Numbered from the stretch's first letter, positions 17,642 to 26,897 are shown. The stretch: DNA of 33,761 nucleotides from Oscillospiraceae bacterium (GCA_015069065.1 SVJI01000003.1:1-33761); one strand, 5' to 3'. Numbers and translations are program-made. The notes: generated by a model from the letters alone, not told the origin.

Positions 17642-20600
17642 ATGAAACGGAAACAAAGTAAAGTATTGTCAATTCTGCTTTCGATTGCTATGCTGTGCAG
17701 CATGGTTGTGCCTACTGCTTTTGCAGCTGATAGCAGATATATTGACACAACCGACCATTGGGCAGAAACAGCCATTGAGCGGTGGAGTGATTACGGGATT
17801 ATTGAGGGATACGGCGATGCCTTTAACCCCGACTACTCAATCACACGCGGGCAAATGGCAACTATTCTGTCAAAGACATTAGGGCTAACAGAAGAAGCAG
17901 AAAATCCATTTAGTGATATCTCTGCCGATGAATGGTATGCTCCCTATGTTCTGCGTTGCTATAAAGCAGGCATAATGCTTGGAGATAACGGCAAGGCTAA
18001 TCCCGATGCGGAAATTACCAGACAAGAGGCAATGACTATGTTTTGCCGTGCTTTTGGTATTAAAGCAGATGAATCAGCAGACTTGACCTCTTTCAAGGAC
18101 AGCAGAGAAATTGCTGATTGGGCTTTACCTTATGTTTCCGCTTTAATAGACGGCGGTATTGTAAGCGGTGTTTCAAGTGATATGATTGCACCTGCTGAAA
18201 GTATGAGCAGAGCGGCACTTGTAACCATACTTGACCGTGCTGTGGTACAGTATGTTAATACAAGCGGGGAATATGACCTGACAGACAGCAATGGCATTAT
18301 TCTTGTAACTGCTGGCGATACCATCTTAAAGGGTGAGACAAAGGCTGACATTCTTATCACACAGGCGGCTGACGGAAAAGCTGTAACCTTTAAGGATGCA
18401 GCTGTTACGGGCGAGGTTACAGTTCAGGCTGACACAAAAATTATAAGTAACAATTCCAAGCTTCCCCAAATTGATGCAACTGTTGAGGAGGTTAAAAAGG
18501 AAACCCCTAAAAAACCTAGCGGTGGAAGCTCTGGTGGTAGTTCCAGACCCACTATCTCTAACCTGACAATCAGCGAGGAAAAAGCCTTAACAAGCGGTAC
18601 ATACAACAATGTAACTATAACCGATGCAGTAGCAGATGGTGAAGTTACTTTGAGCAATGTAACAATAAATGGTGATTTAACAATCAAAGGCGGTGGCTCA
18701 AGTTCTATCAAACTTGATAATTGTACCATTCAGGGTAAGGTTATTATGGCAAAAGAAACGGGCGAGACTCCCCGTCTTGAATTGACAAATACACCTGTTG
18801 CAACTGTTGAGGTACAGAAACCCGCTATCATTGAGGCAGTAGATAATGCCTCTGCTGTTACAAAGATTGAGGCAACCGCGAACATTGAAATCAAGGGTGA
18901 AAACACAAAGATTGAAACACTTGCAGTTCCTGAAACTGCGGAAAGTGCCGTAGCTGTAATTGTAACGGCTGGTAATGTTGCAACTGTTGAGGCAAAGGCT
19001 GAAACAAGTGTAACAGGTGCAAGCAATTCAGTTAATACAATCGTAGCAATAGCAGCGGTAACTGCTGATTCTGAGACAGTTCAAAAGGTGGAAATCCCCG
19101 AAACTGCAACAGAGAGCGTAAGCGTAACTGTGACAGGCGATGCATCTGTTGATGTTGAAATCAACTCAACAAGTGGTGCGGCTGTTATGGGTACAAATGT
19201 AACTGTTTCAACTACTCTTGAAACCGCTCCCGATAATATAACAGTAGGCGGTGAGGCTGTAAGTCACATCCATAAGTGGGGTGAGCCTGTTACCACACCT
19301 GCAACCTGTGAGCAGGATGGCGAAAATGTATATACCTGTATTGCTGACGGATGCGATGATACTGCTAAAACAAAGACAGAAGTAATCCATTCATTAGGTC
19401 ATAAATATGGTGATTGGAAGAAATCGGATGATGATTTGCATGTCCGTGAGTGTGCTAATGATAAAGACCACTATGAAAAACAAGAGCATACTTGGGACGA
19501 GGGTAAAATAACAACAGAAGCAAACTGCGGCCAAGATGGTGTAAAGACCTATACCTGCTCTGTATGTAAAGGTACAAAGACAGAAACAATAGGTAAACCT
19601 GAACATAACTGGGGTGACTGGGTAAAGGTAGATGCTACAAGCCACAAGAGGGTATGTAAGAACAATGCAACTCATATCGAAACAGCGGACCATACACCGA
19701 TTATTGATAGTGCAGTAGATGCTACCTGTACCGAAACAGGAAAAACAGAAGGCTCACATTGCGATGTTTGTAAGAGCGTGATTGTTGAGCAAACCACAAC
19801 ACCCGCATTAAAACACGATTTCACAGGGGAATATGAGAAGGATGCTGATGGTCATTGGCATATCTGCGAGCGTGATAACTGCGAAGAAACCGACACAAAG
19901 GCAGGTCATACCTACAACACAACAAATTGTGCAGAGGTTGCAACCTGTACTGAATGTAAATATGAAAAGCCAGCGGGCGAGCATACTTGGAGTGATTGGG
20001 AAAAGGTAGATGATACCAACCACAAACACACCTGCTCCTGTACCGCAACAGAAACAGAAGAGCATAAATGGGATGACGGCGAAATCACAACCGAGCCGAC
20101 AGAAACAACAGAGGGTGTAAAAACCTATACTTGCTCTGAATGTAAAGGAACAAAGACCGAGGCTGTGCCTGTGATTGTTTCAGCAAATTATGCATTTGTT
20201 GAAAACCACGAAGGGAATCCATTAAGAATTTCTTGGAAAGAATCTGCTCTTGCTGCTGAAAATGGATACAAGCTGAAATTTGATGGATATAATACGACTA
20301 TGGGAACAGCACGCACTGTAGTTAATTTAGCACCTATTTTAGTGCTTGATAGTTTGCAAAACGGAAAGCTTTCTATGGCGGTTTATACAGGTCCTGATTG
20401 GGTAAATCTTACACCGATATATTCTTCAAAGGAAATAGGAAATATTACTATTAACAACAAAACACCTGAATTCGAAATTGAGAAGGATGAAAGCGGAAAT
20501 TACAACTTCGTTTCTGAATTGACAGGCGGAATGTGGGTTTACGAGCTTTATAATAATGACACCATCTATTATGCAAATAATGATGTTAATGGTGCTATCG

Positions 20601-23600
20601 ATTCGTATGCTAATTTTGCTGACGGACATACTGTAAAAGCACGTTATGTTACTTGGACACTTAACGATGATAAAACTTTTGCTGAATTTACGGTGTCTAA
20701 CATTGCAACCTATACCTACAAGGAATCTGTTGCAAGCGATGTAACAATCACATTAGTTCAGGAAGGCGACAGTATTAAGGCAACTTGGACGGGAACAGAC
20801 TTACCCAATTACTATTTCGAAATTGAAGATAGCAACGGAAAATATGTAACAAGCGGCTGGACAAATGGAGATGAATGTTGCATAGCAGACCTTTCGCTTT
20901 ATCTTCCCAGAGCGGATGAGGACAGTAATTACACTCTTGTAGTATATTCTGCGAACGAGAATTGGATTGTAGTTGAAGAAATAGCAAGGTTGTACAACTG
21001 CTTTGAAATTACTGTTTTAGGAAATGTCGTTGAATATAATATGGTATTTAATGATGGCGAAGACGGCGTGCATAGTGTTACGCTGGCAGGTGATACATTA
21101 CCCAGCGGTATTCGATTGCTTGATGCTTGGTATGATAGTTTAGGAAAGCTAAGAAGTTCTGGGTCTTCAAGCATAAGTAGAAATAAAACGGAACATCAGG
21201 CAATTCAAAATGGCTATGATTATGATTTAAGAGTTTTAACTGCCTATGCGCTTGATGGGCAGACTATAAAGGCAACAATGACTCCTCCTTCAAAGAAAAC
21301 ATATGTAAATGAAGATGAACCGAAAATTAAATGGAATGACGGCGGAACAATTGCATGGCAGGCAGTAGCAAATGCCGATGATTACAAGTTGAATATCTAT
21401 TCAGGAGATACTGTTGACAGCACCAAGCTTGTCGCAACCAAAAACATAGGTACTTATAGCACAGTATATCAAATTAGCAGTAATTTTGATATAGCAGAAC
21501 TGGCTGACAATAAAGATGCTACCTTTACTGTTGAACTCTTGGCACTTGATACAAATGATAATGTAATCGAAACTGTCGGGGTATTGGCAGAGGGTATAAA
21601 TTTAACCTTTACCGAATCCGCTCCCGAATTCAGCTTTGAAGTAACAGGCGAAAAGACCTACACCATAACCTTTGCCGAGGGAACACCCAACGGAATGCGA
21701 TACAGCCAATGGTATGATGCTGAAGGAAATAAGTCGGGTGGAATGTCAGGTTTTGGCATGACACAATTAACAAATGCTGGAGAAAGAGCCTATGCCTTTG
21801 CTGATGGAGATACAATCAAAGTTTATATTGCAACAGTAGATACTATCACAGATACTGTATGGACTATTACCAGAACACCTGATGCGGTACAGATATATAC
21901 CACAGAAGAAACAGATGCTTCTCTTATTTCATTCCGCAAATGGAATACAGACATAATGTTTGACGGATACGATGATGTTGCAGATACAAAGAGCCTTGAA
22001 GTAGACGGAATTAAGGTGTTGTCAAAGAAGACAGAAACAATGAGTGAGTTTCTCTTTGATTATGACCAGACAAAAGGAAATATTACAGATGCAGATTTCG
22101 TTGTAGAACTTGATGGCGTTGAAAAGGAAAGAATTAAGGGAAATGTTGATGTAACACTTTCAAATACAGATGTTGCATTTACAATAAATACAGACGGAAC
22201 ATTGTCTTTTGATGCAACCACACACGGCAGCTTTGCTTATGAGACAACAACAAAGGACGGAATGACTCATCAAGTAGGTAGAATAGCCTTTAATAATGGT
22301 ACATTGGTGGATGGTTGGACGCTTCCGACTCTTGCTGATGGTGAAACAATTGACATTATGCACATTGATTGTACCTATGACGAAACCACTAAATCAATTT
22401 CTGCAACTATATCAAAGCATACAACAAAAACCCATACCGCAACAAGTGATAAAAACATTTGGTTTAGTGAAGATGGCGACGGAATATATGTAGAGTGGAA
22501 AGAAACAGAGCTTGCAGATGGTGAAAAGTATTTTATCACAATGCGGAACCCCGAAAGCCTGTTTACCCGAACAAAAGCAAAGTTGGATTTAGGTACTTTT
22601 TTTGATGAAAGTGATATTGTAAACGGCAAACTTGCAATAAAGGTTGATACAGGAACAAGCTGGAGCGATGTTGAAAATCTTTATGATGAAAAGGAATTTG
22701 CCAATGTTACTTTAACCAATACTACCCCCGACTTCACTATTGAAAAAGATAGTACAGGAAAATATAAGTTTGTATCCGACCTATCAGGTGGAGCTTGGGT
22801 TTATACCACATATGACGAAAATAGCAACCTTATGTATGTAGGAAATGTGGTTAATGGAGCAATAGATACTTATGCTAATTTTGCTGACGGACATACTGTA
22901 AAAGCACGCTATATAACTTGGACACTTAACGATGATAAAACTTTTGCTGAATTTACGGTGTCTAACCTTGCAACATACACCTACAATGAGCCTGTCGCAA
23001 GCGATACAAATGCCCATCTTATGATGGACGGTGATTATCTTTATCTTGTGTTTGAGGATGAAGAGGGACTCGGAGCAAATGAGTGGTATTATGTTCTTCA
23101 AAACGGGGAGAATATCACAAGCGAAGACCTTAAGGAAATAGAACTCACATGGCTTTTGCCGGGAATTAGCGAAAATACGGTCTTAAATTACGAAATTCAA
23201 AAAGGAACATGGCAGACAAAGGAAACTTTTGTAAAGCTTGACAATGCAATCAATATTACTGTAACTGATTCTGCACCTAATCTGTCACTTGTTCCACAAG
23301 CAGATGGTACATACAAAATAACAGGCGGCGGGGACACAGGATATTTTTACCGTGTGACAACACCCGAGGGCGACCGCCTTGCAACAGATTATACACTTGA
23401 CGATACATTCCTTTGTTCAATATACGAAGGATGCACAGTAGAACTCCAGACCGGAACAATAACAGTTGCCGAGGATGGACTTTCTGCAAATATCACAATG
23501 AGTCCGGTTGTTAAAATAGAAAATCCCACACTCCCGACAGGACTTAACACTGTGGTTGAAGTTGATACGGCAGACAAGCTTCTTGATGCGGTAAACAGAG

Positions 23601-24553
23601 GTGCGATTGCAACGCTTACCGCAGATATCACAAGCGAAAATGTGTTTAAGTTCAAAACCGGCGCACCTGCAACAATTGACCTTAACGGGCATACACTTAC
23701 TGCACCTACTGTGAGAGCATATTACGGTAAAGAGCTTACAATTGATGCAACCAAGGCCGGCAGTGCTATTAACGCAACTCTTACGACCAATCTCAAGGGA
23801 AGCTTTATTTTAACCGGCGGAACATATGAGCGTATCAGACTCAGTGGAGGTAAAAAGTTTATAGCAAACGGAATTACGGTACAAAGCTCCGGGGCATATG
23901 AACCTGTAGAAATAGGCGCTATGGATTATGTTGAAATAAACAACTCAAGTTGCATAAGCACATCAACCGCCGAACTAACAAGTGGTCTATACATATGGGA
24001 ATGTAACGAAGTAAAGCTTACTAATGTTACTGCAAGTGCAATAAGTAATTGGTTTGGTGCAGACATTGCATGGTGCGAAAAGGTGAATATCACCGGCGGA
24101 AGTTTCAGCGCAGAGAACAACGATGGACTTCGTTTTGTGGAATGCGAAAGTGCAACTATTGATGGTGCAAGCGTAAGCGGTAGCACAACTGCGCTTCTTG
24201 TTCAGGATGGAGCGGTTGCAGAGATTAATGGTGGAACATTTACATCAGCAGGGAACTCAGCAATTCAGCTTTCAAGAGAAGATTCTGCGCTTACGATAAA
24301 CAACGGAACATTCATTGCAAATGGTGATGGCTCTATAAAGAATATTGTAATAATGGAAGATACAAATACTTTCATTATTAATGGTGGAACATTTGAAGGA
24401 TTTTCCGGTGTTACATACTCTGATACTGCTACTGTAAGTATAAACGGTGGCACATTCAGCTTTGACCCCACAGAATATGTGGATACTGCTACTCATACTG
24501 TAACTGATAACGGAGACGGAACATTCGTAGTAACGGCAATCAAAACTGAGTAA
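17642..24553 (+). CDS. Large S-layer homology (SLH) domain surface protein, 2303 aa
   Basis: Signal peptide (AFA/AD); three SLH repeats (HWAE..ITRGQ, EWYA..ITRQE, DWAL..MSRAA); Cys/His-rich repeats; Ig/FN3-like modules; C-terminal I(N/T)GG(T/S)F beta-helix-like repeats; AAGGAG RBS. Confidence 0.92.
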   Translation: MKRKQSKVLSILLSIAMLCSMVVPTAFAADSRYIDTTDHWAETAIERWSDYGIIEGYGDAFNPDYSITRGQMATILSKTLGLTEEAENPFSDISADEWYAPYVLRCYKAGIMLGDNGKANPDAEITRQEAMTMFCRAFGIKADESADLTSFKDSREIADWALPYVSALIDGGIVSGVSSDMIAPAESMSRAALVTILDRAVVQYVNTSGEYDLTDSNGIILVTAGDTILKGETKADILITQAADGKAVTFKDAAVTGEVTVQADTKIISNNSKLPQIDATVEEVKKETPKKPSGGSSGGSSRPTISNLTISEEKALTSGTYNNVTITDAVADGEVTLSNVTINGDLTIKGGGSSSIKLDNCTIQGKVIMAKETGETPRLELTNTPVATVEVQKPAIIEAVDNASAVTKIEATANIEIKGENTKIETLAVPETAESAVAVIVTAGNVATVEAKAETSVTGASNSVNTIVAIAAVTADSETVQKVEIPETATESVSVTVTGDASVDVEINSTSGAAVMGTNVTVSTTLETAPDNITVGGEAVSHIHKWGEPVTTPATCEQDGENVYTCIADGCDDTAKTKTEVIHSLGHKYGDWKKSDDDLHVRECANDKDHYEKQEHTWDEGKITTEANCGQDGVKTYTCSVCKGTKTETIGKPEHNWGDWVKVDATSHKRVCKNNATHIETADHTPIIDSAVDATCTETGKTEGSHCDVCKSVIVEQTTTPALKHDFTGEYEKDADGHWHICERDNCEETDTKAGHTYNTTNCAEVATCTECKYEKPAGEHTWSDWEKVDDTNHKHTCSCTATETEEHKWDDGEITTEPTETTEGVKTYTCSECKGTKTEAVPVIVSANYAFVENHEGNPLRISWKESALAAENGYKLKFDGYNTTMGTARTVVNLAPILVLDSLQNGKLSMAVYTGPDWVNLTPIYSSKEIGNITINNKTPEFEIEKDESGNYNFVSELTGGMWVYELYNNDTIYYANNDVNGAIDSYANFADGHTVKARYVTWTLNDDKTFAEFTVSNIATYTYKESVASDVTITLVQEGDSIKATWTGTDLPNYYFEIEDSNGKYVTSGWTNGDECCIADLSLYLPRADEDSNYTLVVYSANENWIVVEEIARLYNCFEITVLGNVVEYNMVFNDGEDGVHSVTLAGDTLPSGIRLLDAWYDSLGKLRSSGSSSISRNKTEHQAIQNGYDYDLRVLTAYALDGQTIKATMTPPSKKTYVNEDEPKIKWNDGGTIAWQAVANADDYKLNIYSGDTVDSTKLVATKNIGTYSTVYQISSNFDIAELADNKDATFTVELLALDTNDNVIETVGVLAEGINLTFTESAPEFSFEVTGEKTYTITFAEGTPNGMRYSQWYDAEGNKSGGMSGFGMTQLTNAGERAYAFADGDTIKVYIATVDTITDTVWTITRTPDAVQIYTTEETDASLISFRKWNTDIMFDGYDDVADTKSLEVDGIKVLSKKTETMSEFLFDYDQTKGNITDADFVVELDGVEKERIKGNVDVTLSNTDVAFTINTDGTLSFDATTHGSFAYETTTKDGMTHQVGRIAFNNGTLVDGWTLPTLADGETIDIMHIDCTYDETTKSISATISKHTTKTHTATSDKNIWFSEDGDGIYVEWKETELADGEKYFITMRNPESLFTRTKAKLDLGTFFDESDIVNGKLAIKVDTGTSWSDVENLYDEKEFANVTLTNTTPDFTIEKDSTGKYKFVSDLSGGAWVYTTYDENSNLMYVGNVVNGAIDTYANFADGHTVKARYITWTLNDDKTFAEFTVSNLATYTYNEPVASDTNAHLMMDGDYLYLVFEDEEGLGANEWYYVLQNGENITSEDLKEIELTWLLPGISENTVLNYEIQKGTWQTKETFVKLDNAINITVTDSAPNLSLVPQADGTYKITGGGDTGYFYRVTTPEGDRLATDYTLDDTFLCSIYEGCTVELQTGTITVAEDGLSANITMSPVVKIENPTLPTGLNTVVEVDTADKLLDAVNRGAIATLTADITSENVFKFKTGAPATIDLNGHTLTAPTVRAYYGKELTIDATKAGSAINATLTTNLKGSFILTGGTYERIRLSGGKKFIANGITVQSSGAYEPVEIGAMDYVEINNSSCISTSTAELTSGLYIWECNEVKLTNVTASAISNWFGADIAWCEKVNITGGSFSAENNDGLRFVECESATIDGASVSGSTTALLVQDGAVAEINGGTFTSAGNSAIQLSREDSALTINNGTFIANGDGSIKNIVIMEDTNTFIINGGTFEGFSGVTYSDTATVSINGGTFSFDPTEYVDTATHTVTDNGDGTFVVTAIKTE
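20606..20709 (+). repeat. Intragenic direct repeat, copy 1
   Basis: 100/104 nt identical to 22871-22974; offset 2265 nt (755 codons). Confidence 0.9.
22871..22974 (+). repeat. Intragenic direct repeat, copy 2
   Basis: Encodes YANFADGHTVKARY.TWTLNDDKTFAEFTVSN.AT, as does copy 1. Confidence 0.9.
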
Positions 24554-24567
24554 AATTAGATGATTTT

Positions 24568-24610
24568 GGCGGCACCCTTGCGAAATGCAAGCGGTGCCGC
24601 TGTTTTTTTT
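24568..24610 (+). terminator. Intrinsic terminator after the SLH gene
   Basis: GCGGCACC-CTTGC-GAAAT-GCAAG-C-GGTGCCGC followed by TGTTTTTTTT. Confidence 0.9.
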
Positions 24611-24801
24611 GTTCCGATAAGAAATGAGTGAAAATTTTTAAATTTAAAAAGGAGAACTGGACATATACAGGCTTGGGGTGGTCAACAAAATATATTTTTA
24701 TACAGAAGCAAAAAATCAAGAAAACAGTTTTTGCTGTGATTTCAAGGTTTTATGTTTCACTCACCAACAGGTGAAATTTAATATAGAAGGAGGGTTGGAA
24801 A

Positions 24802-25230
24802 ATGAAAAAAGATTATGTAATTAAAAATGAAGCTACTAATGATTTTTCTGCTATGGGTACTCTTAATGTTAAAGTGGGTCCAAGATTTGGTAGGGTTTTA
24901 AGAGATTTAATAGAGGAAAATTTAATTGCTGGCGCTACTGTTGATATGGCTAATGAAAATCAGATGGCAATTCATTTTATTGCAGGTGACCCTATGGCTA
25001 CCAGTGATGAAAATGATAATGGTTTTGTTAATGGTTTTTCTGGTGATAATGGTTTTTTAGTTAAAGTAGGCTCACGCATAGGTAGAGTTTTAGTAAAGCT
25101 TGGTGAAGATTTTCTTTTAACAAGTGCAAGTTTGTCTATGATAAATGAGACAACAGTTTCAGTTAATCTTAATATCGGGGATATTGGTATTGAGTTAATA
25201 GAAACAGATAATGTGGAAGGAGATGATTGA
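24802..25230 (+). CDS. Small acidic hypothetical protein with an internal two-fold repeat
   Basis: AAGGAGG RBS; VKVGPRFGRVL..L.E..L..A...M.NE recurs as VKVGSRIGRVL..L.E..L..A...M.NE. Confidence 0.75.
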   Translation: MKKDYVIKNEATNDFSAMGTLNVKVGPRFGRVLRDLIEENLIAGATVDMANENQMAIHFIAGDPMATSDENDNGFVNGFSGDNGFLVKVGSRIGRVLVKLGEDFLLTSASLSMINETTVSVNLNIGDIGIELIETDNVEGDD

Positions 25231-25616
25231 GTATGAGTCAATCAAATGCTTTTACAGGTGTGCCTTATGTGTATGCAAATAGAAGGGGTTATCCCGACAT
25301 TGCATACACAAAGGCAATGTATCTAAACATAGAGGTTCCAAGAGAGAACTATTATGTTGATAATGCTGGTGAAGACAAACAGCTAATGTATTTATTTCAA
25401 GAGTTAAATGATGGTGATGTTGTTATTATTGGTACAATAACAGACCTTATGATACCTGAAATTAGTGATATGTTAAACCATTTAGAGCATTTTGATGAAT
25501 TAGGAGTGCAGGTTATATCAGCTTTACAACCAGACTATAACATAGAAGATTACAGAGAGATAGTAAGGTTAGCTGATATAATCAGCAGGGTAAGATTAGG
25601 GCAAAAGCCTGTATAA
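25227..25616 (+). CDS. Degenerate serine-recombinase (resolvase) N-terminal-like domain protein
   Basis: YVY..., ENYYVD, LFQELNDGDVVII, DMLNHLEHFDELGVQVIS follow the resolvase catalytic-domain pattern, but RxS and DRLxR are missing. Start TTG 25227 or ATG 25233; coupled to the upstream gene. Confidence 0.6.
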   Translation: MSMSQSNAFTGVPYVYANRRGYPDIAYTKAMYLNIEVPRENYYVDNAGEDKQLMYLFQELNDGDVVIIGTITDLMIPEISDMLNHLEHFDELGVQVISALQPDYNIEDYREIVRLADIISRVRLGQKPV

Positions 25617-25625
25617 GTTAAATTT

Positions 25626-25671
25626 AAAGTAGCAGTTGTGTAGGTAGGAGCGCACAACTGCTACTTTTTTT
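25626..25671 (+). terminator. Intrinsic terminator closing the cargo region
   Basis: Perfect 15-bp arms AAAGTAGCAGTTGTG / CACAACTGCTACTTT plus T-run. Confidence 0.9.
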
Positions 25672-25763
25672 GATAATTTTTTACGATGCCGGAAATCAGC
25701 ATCGCATTTGTACGGAATTCGTGCATCGGGGGTATAAAGCTCCCGATATTTTTTGTCTTAATA

Positions 25764-25903
25764 TTTTATAAAAAATCCGCTGCTTTTTATAAATAAAGCG
25801 AAATATTTTATAAAAGCTTATAGTCATTTTTATAAAATCATATGAAAAGTTTTATAAAAAGGCAAAAAAACTTAACCACACCATAACAACAAACTTTATA
25901 AAA
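25764..25903. repeat. Right subterminal array of TTTTATAAAA motifs
   Basis: Six cores with TATA at 25767, 25788, 25809, 25831, 25853 and 25897 (spacing 21, 21, 22, 22, 44). Confidence 0.8.
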
Positions 25904-25942
25904 TTATGAGCATTTTAAAGCGGTAGAAACAGCGTTTTTTGT

Positions 25943-25990
25943 TGTAATCTCAACATAAAAATTTTTCCCACAGAAAAAAAGAGTTATAGG
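25943..25990 (-). repeat. Right terminal inverted repeat
   Basis: Reverse complement reads CCTATAACTCTTTTTTTCTGTGG...ATGTTGAGATTACA, matching the left end. Confidence 0.88.
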
Positions 25991-25998
25991 AACTCTTC
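25991..25998 (+). repeat. Right 8-bp target-site duplication AACTCTTC
   Basis: Identical to 15085-15092. Confidence 0.9.
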
Positions 25999-26005
25999 AA
26001 AATTC

Positions 26006-26034
26006 TTGACTTATATATTTGAAAATGTTAAAAT
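26006..26034 (+). promoter_or_regulatory. Sigma-A type promoter of thyA-folA
   Basis: TTGACT-17 bp-TAAAAT with extended -10 TG, 7 nt after the right TSD. Confidence 0.7.
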
Positions 26035-26066
26035 CAAGAGAGGTAATGAAAGCGAGGATTAACATT

Positions 26067-26897
26067 ATGAGCTATGCTGATATTGTATTCAAACAAAATT
26101 GTGAGGATATACTGCGCAACGGTTATTCTGACGAGGCACTTGACGTGCGTCCTGTCTGGGAGGACGGTGCCAAGGCACATACAGTAAAAAGATTTTGTAT
26201 AGTAAACCGTTACAATCTTCAGGAGGAATTTCCTGTTATCACTCTGCGTAAAACGAACCTCACCGCCGCAGTTGATGAGCTTTTGTGGATATGGCAGAAG
26301 AAAAGTAATAATATAAAGGACCTTTCCAGTCATATCTGGGATTCATGGGCAGATGAAAACGGCTCCATAGGAAAGGCATACGGTTATCAGCTGGGAGTGA
26401 AGCATAAGTATAAAGAGGGCGAGTTTGATCAGGTTGACAGGGTGCTTTACGACCTTAAGCATAATCCCCAGAGCAGGCGCATTATGACAAATATATATAA
26501 CCACAGTGACCTCAGTGAAATGGGACTTTACCCATGCGCTTATTCTGTAACGTTCAATGTAAGCGGAGATACCTTAAACGCAATTCTTAACCAAAGGTCA
26601 CAGGATATGCTGACGGCAAACAACTGGAATGTGTGTCAGTATGCCGTTCTTGTCCATATGATGGCACAGGTGAGCGGACTTAAGGCGGGCGAGCTTGTAC
26701 ATGTAATTGCCGACGCTCATATATATGACAGGCATATCCCGATTGTAGAGGAGATTTTGTCAAAAAATCCTTATGATGCGCCCGAGTTTAAGATGGACAA
26801 ATCTATTGATGATTTTTACAAGTTTACAACCGAGAGCTTCTCTTTTGAAAATTATAATTTCCATACTTTGGGTAAGAAGATTCCTGTCGCCATTTAA
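26067..26897 (+). CDS. thyA: Thymidylate synthase
   Basis: ELLWIW, IWDSWAD, GKAYGYQ, SRRIM, LYPC (catalytic Cys), QRSQD and DAHIYDRH motifs; ATG 26067 after GAGGA. Confidence 0.97.
   Translation: MSYADIVFKQNCEDILRNGYSDEALDVRPVWEDGAKAHTVKRFCIVNRYNLQEEFPVITLRKTNLTAAVDELLWIWQKKSNNIKDLSSHIWDSWADENGSIGKAYGYQLGVKHKYKEGEFDQVDRVLYDLKHNPQSRRIMTNIYNHSDLSEMGLYPCAYSVTFNVSGDTLNAILNQRSQDMLTANNWNVCQYAVLVHMMAQVSGLKAGELVHVIADAHIYDRHIPIVEEILSKNPYDAPEFKMDKSIDDFYKFTTESFSFENYNFHTLGKKIPVAI

Larger units (their letters stand above)
15093..25990 (+). mobile_element. Cargo-carrying IS1595-family transposon (transporter IS), 10,898 bp
   Basis: Imperfect 48-bp TIRs, exact 8-bp TSD (the length expected for IS1595), IS1595-like transposase at the left end, AT-richer content and three passenger genes. 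Confidence 0.9.

Noticed and set aside
20606-22974. Diversity-generating retroelement TR/VR pair
   Set aside because: The four mismatches (T/C, G/A, T/A, A/C) are not confined to adenines of one copy, both copies are in frame within one gene, and no reverse transcriptase is present.
25764-25903. CRISPR array
   Set aside because: The repeat core is only about 10 bp with 11-12 bp gaps, and no cas genes are in the window.
26019-26066. Longer thyA start
   Set aside because: It overlaps the predicted promoter; the MSYAD start at 26067 has an RBS.
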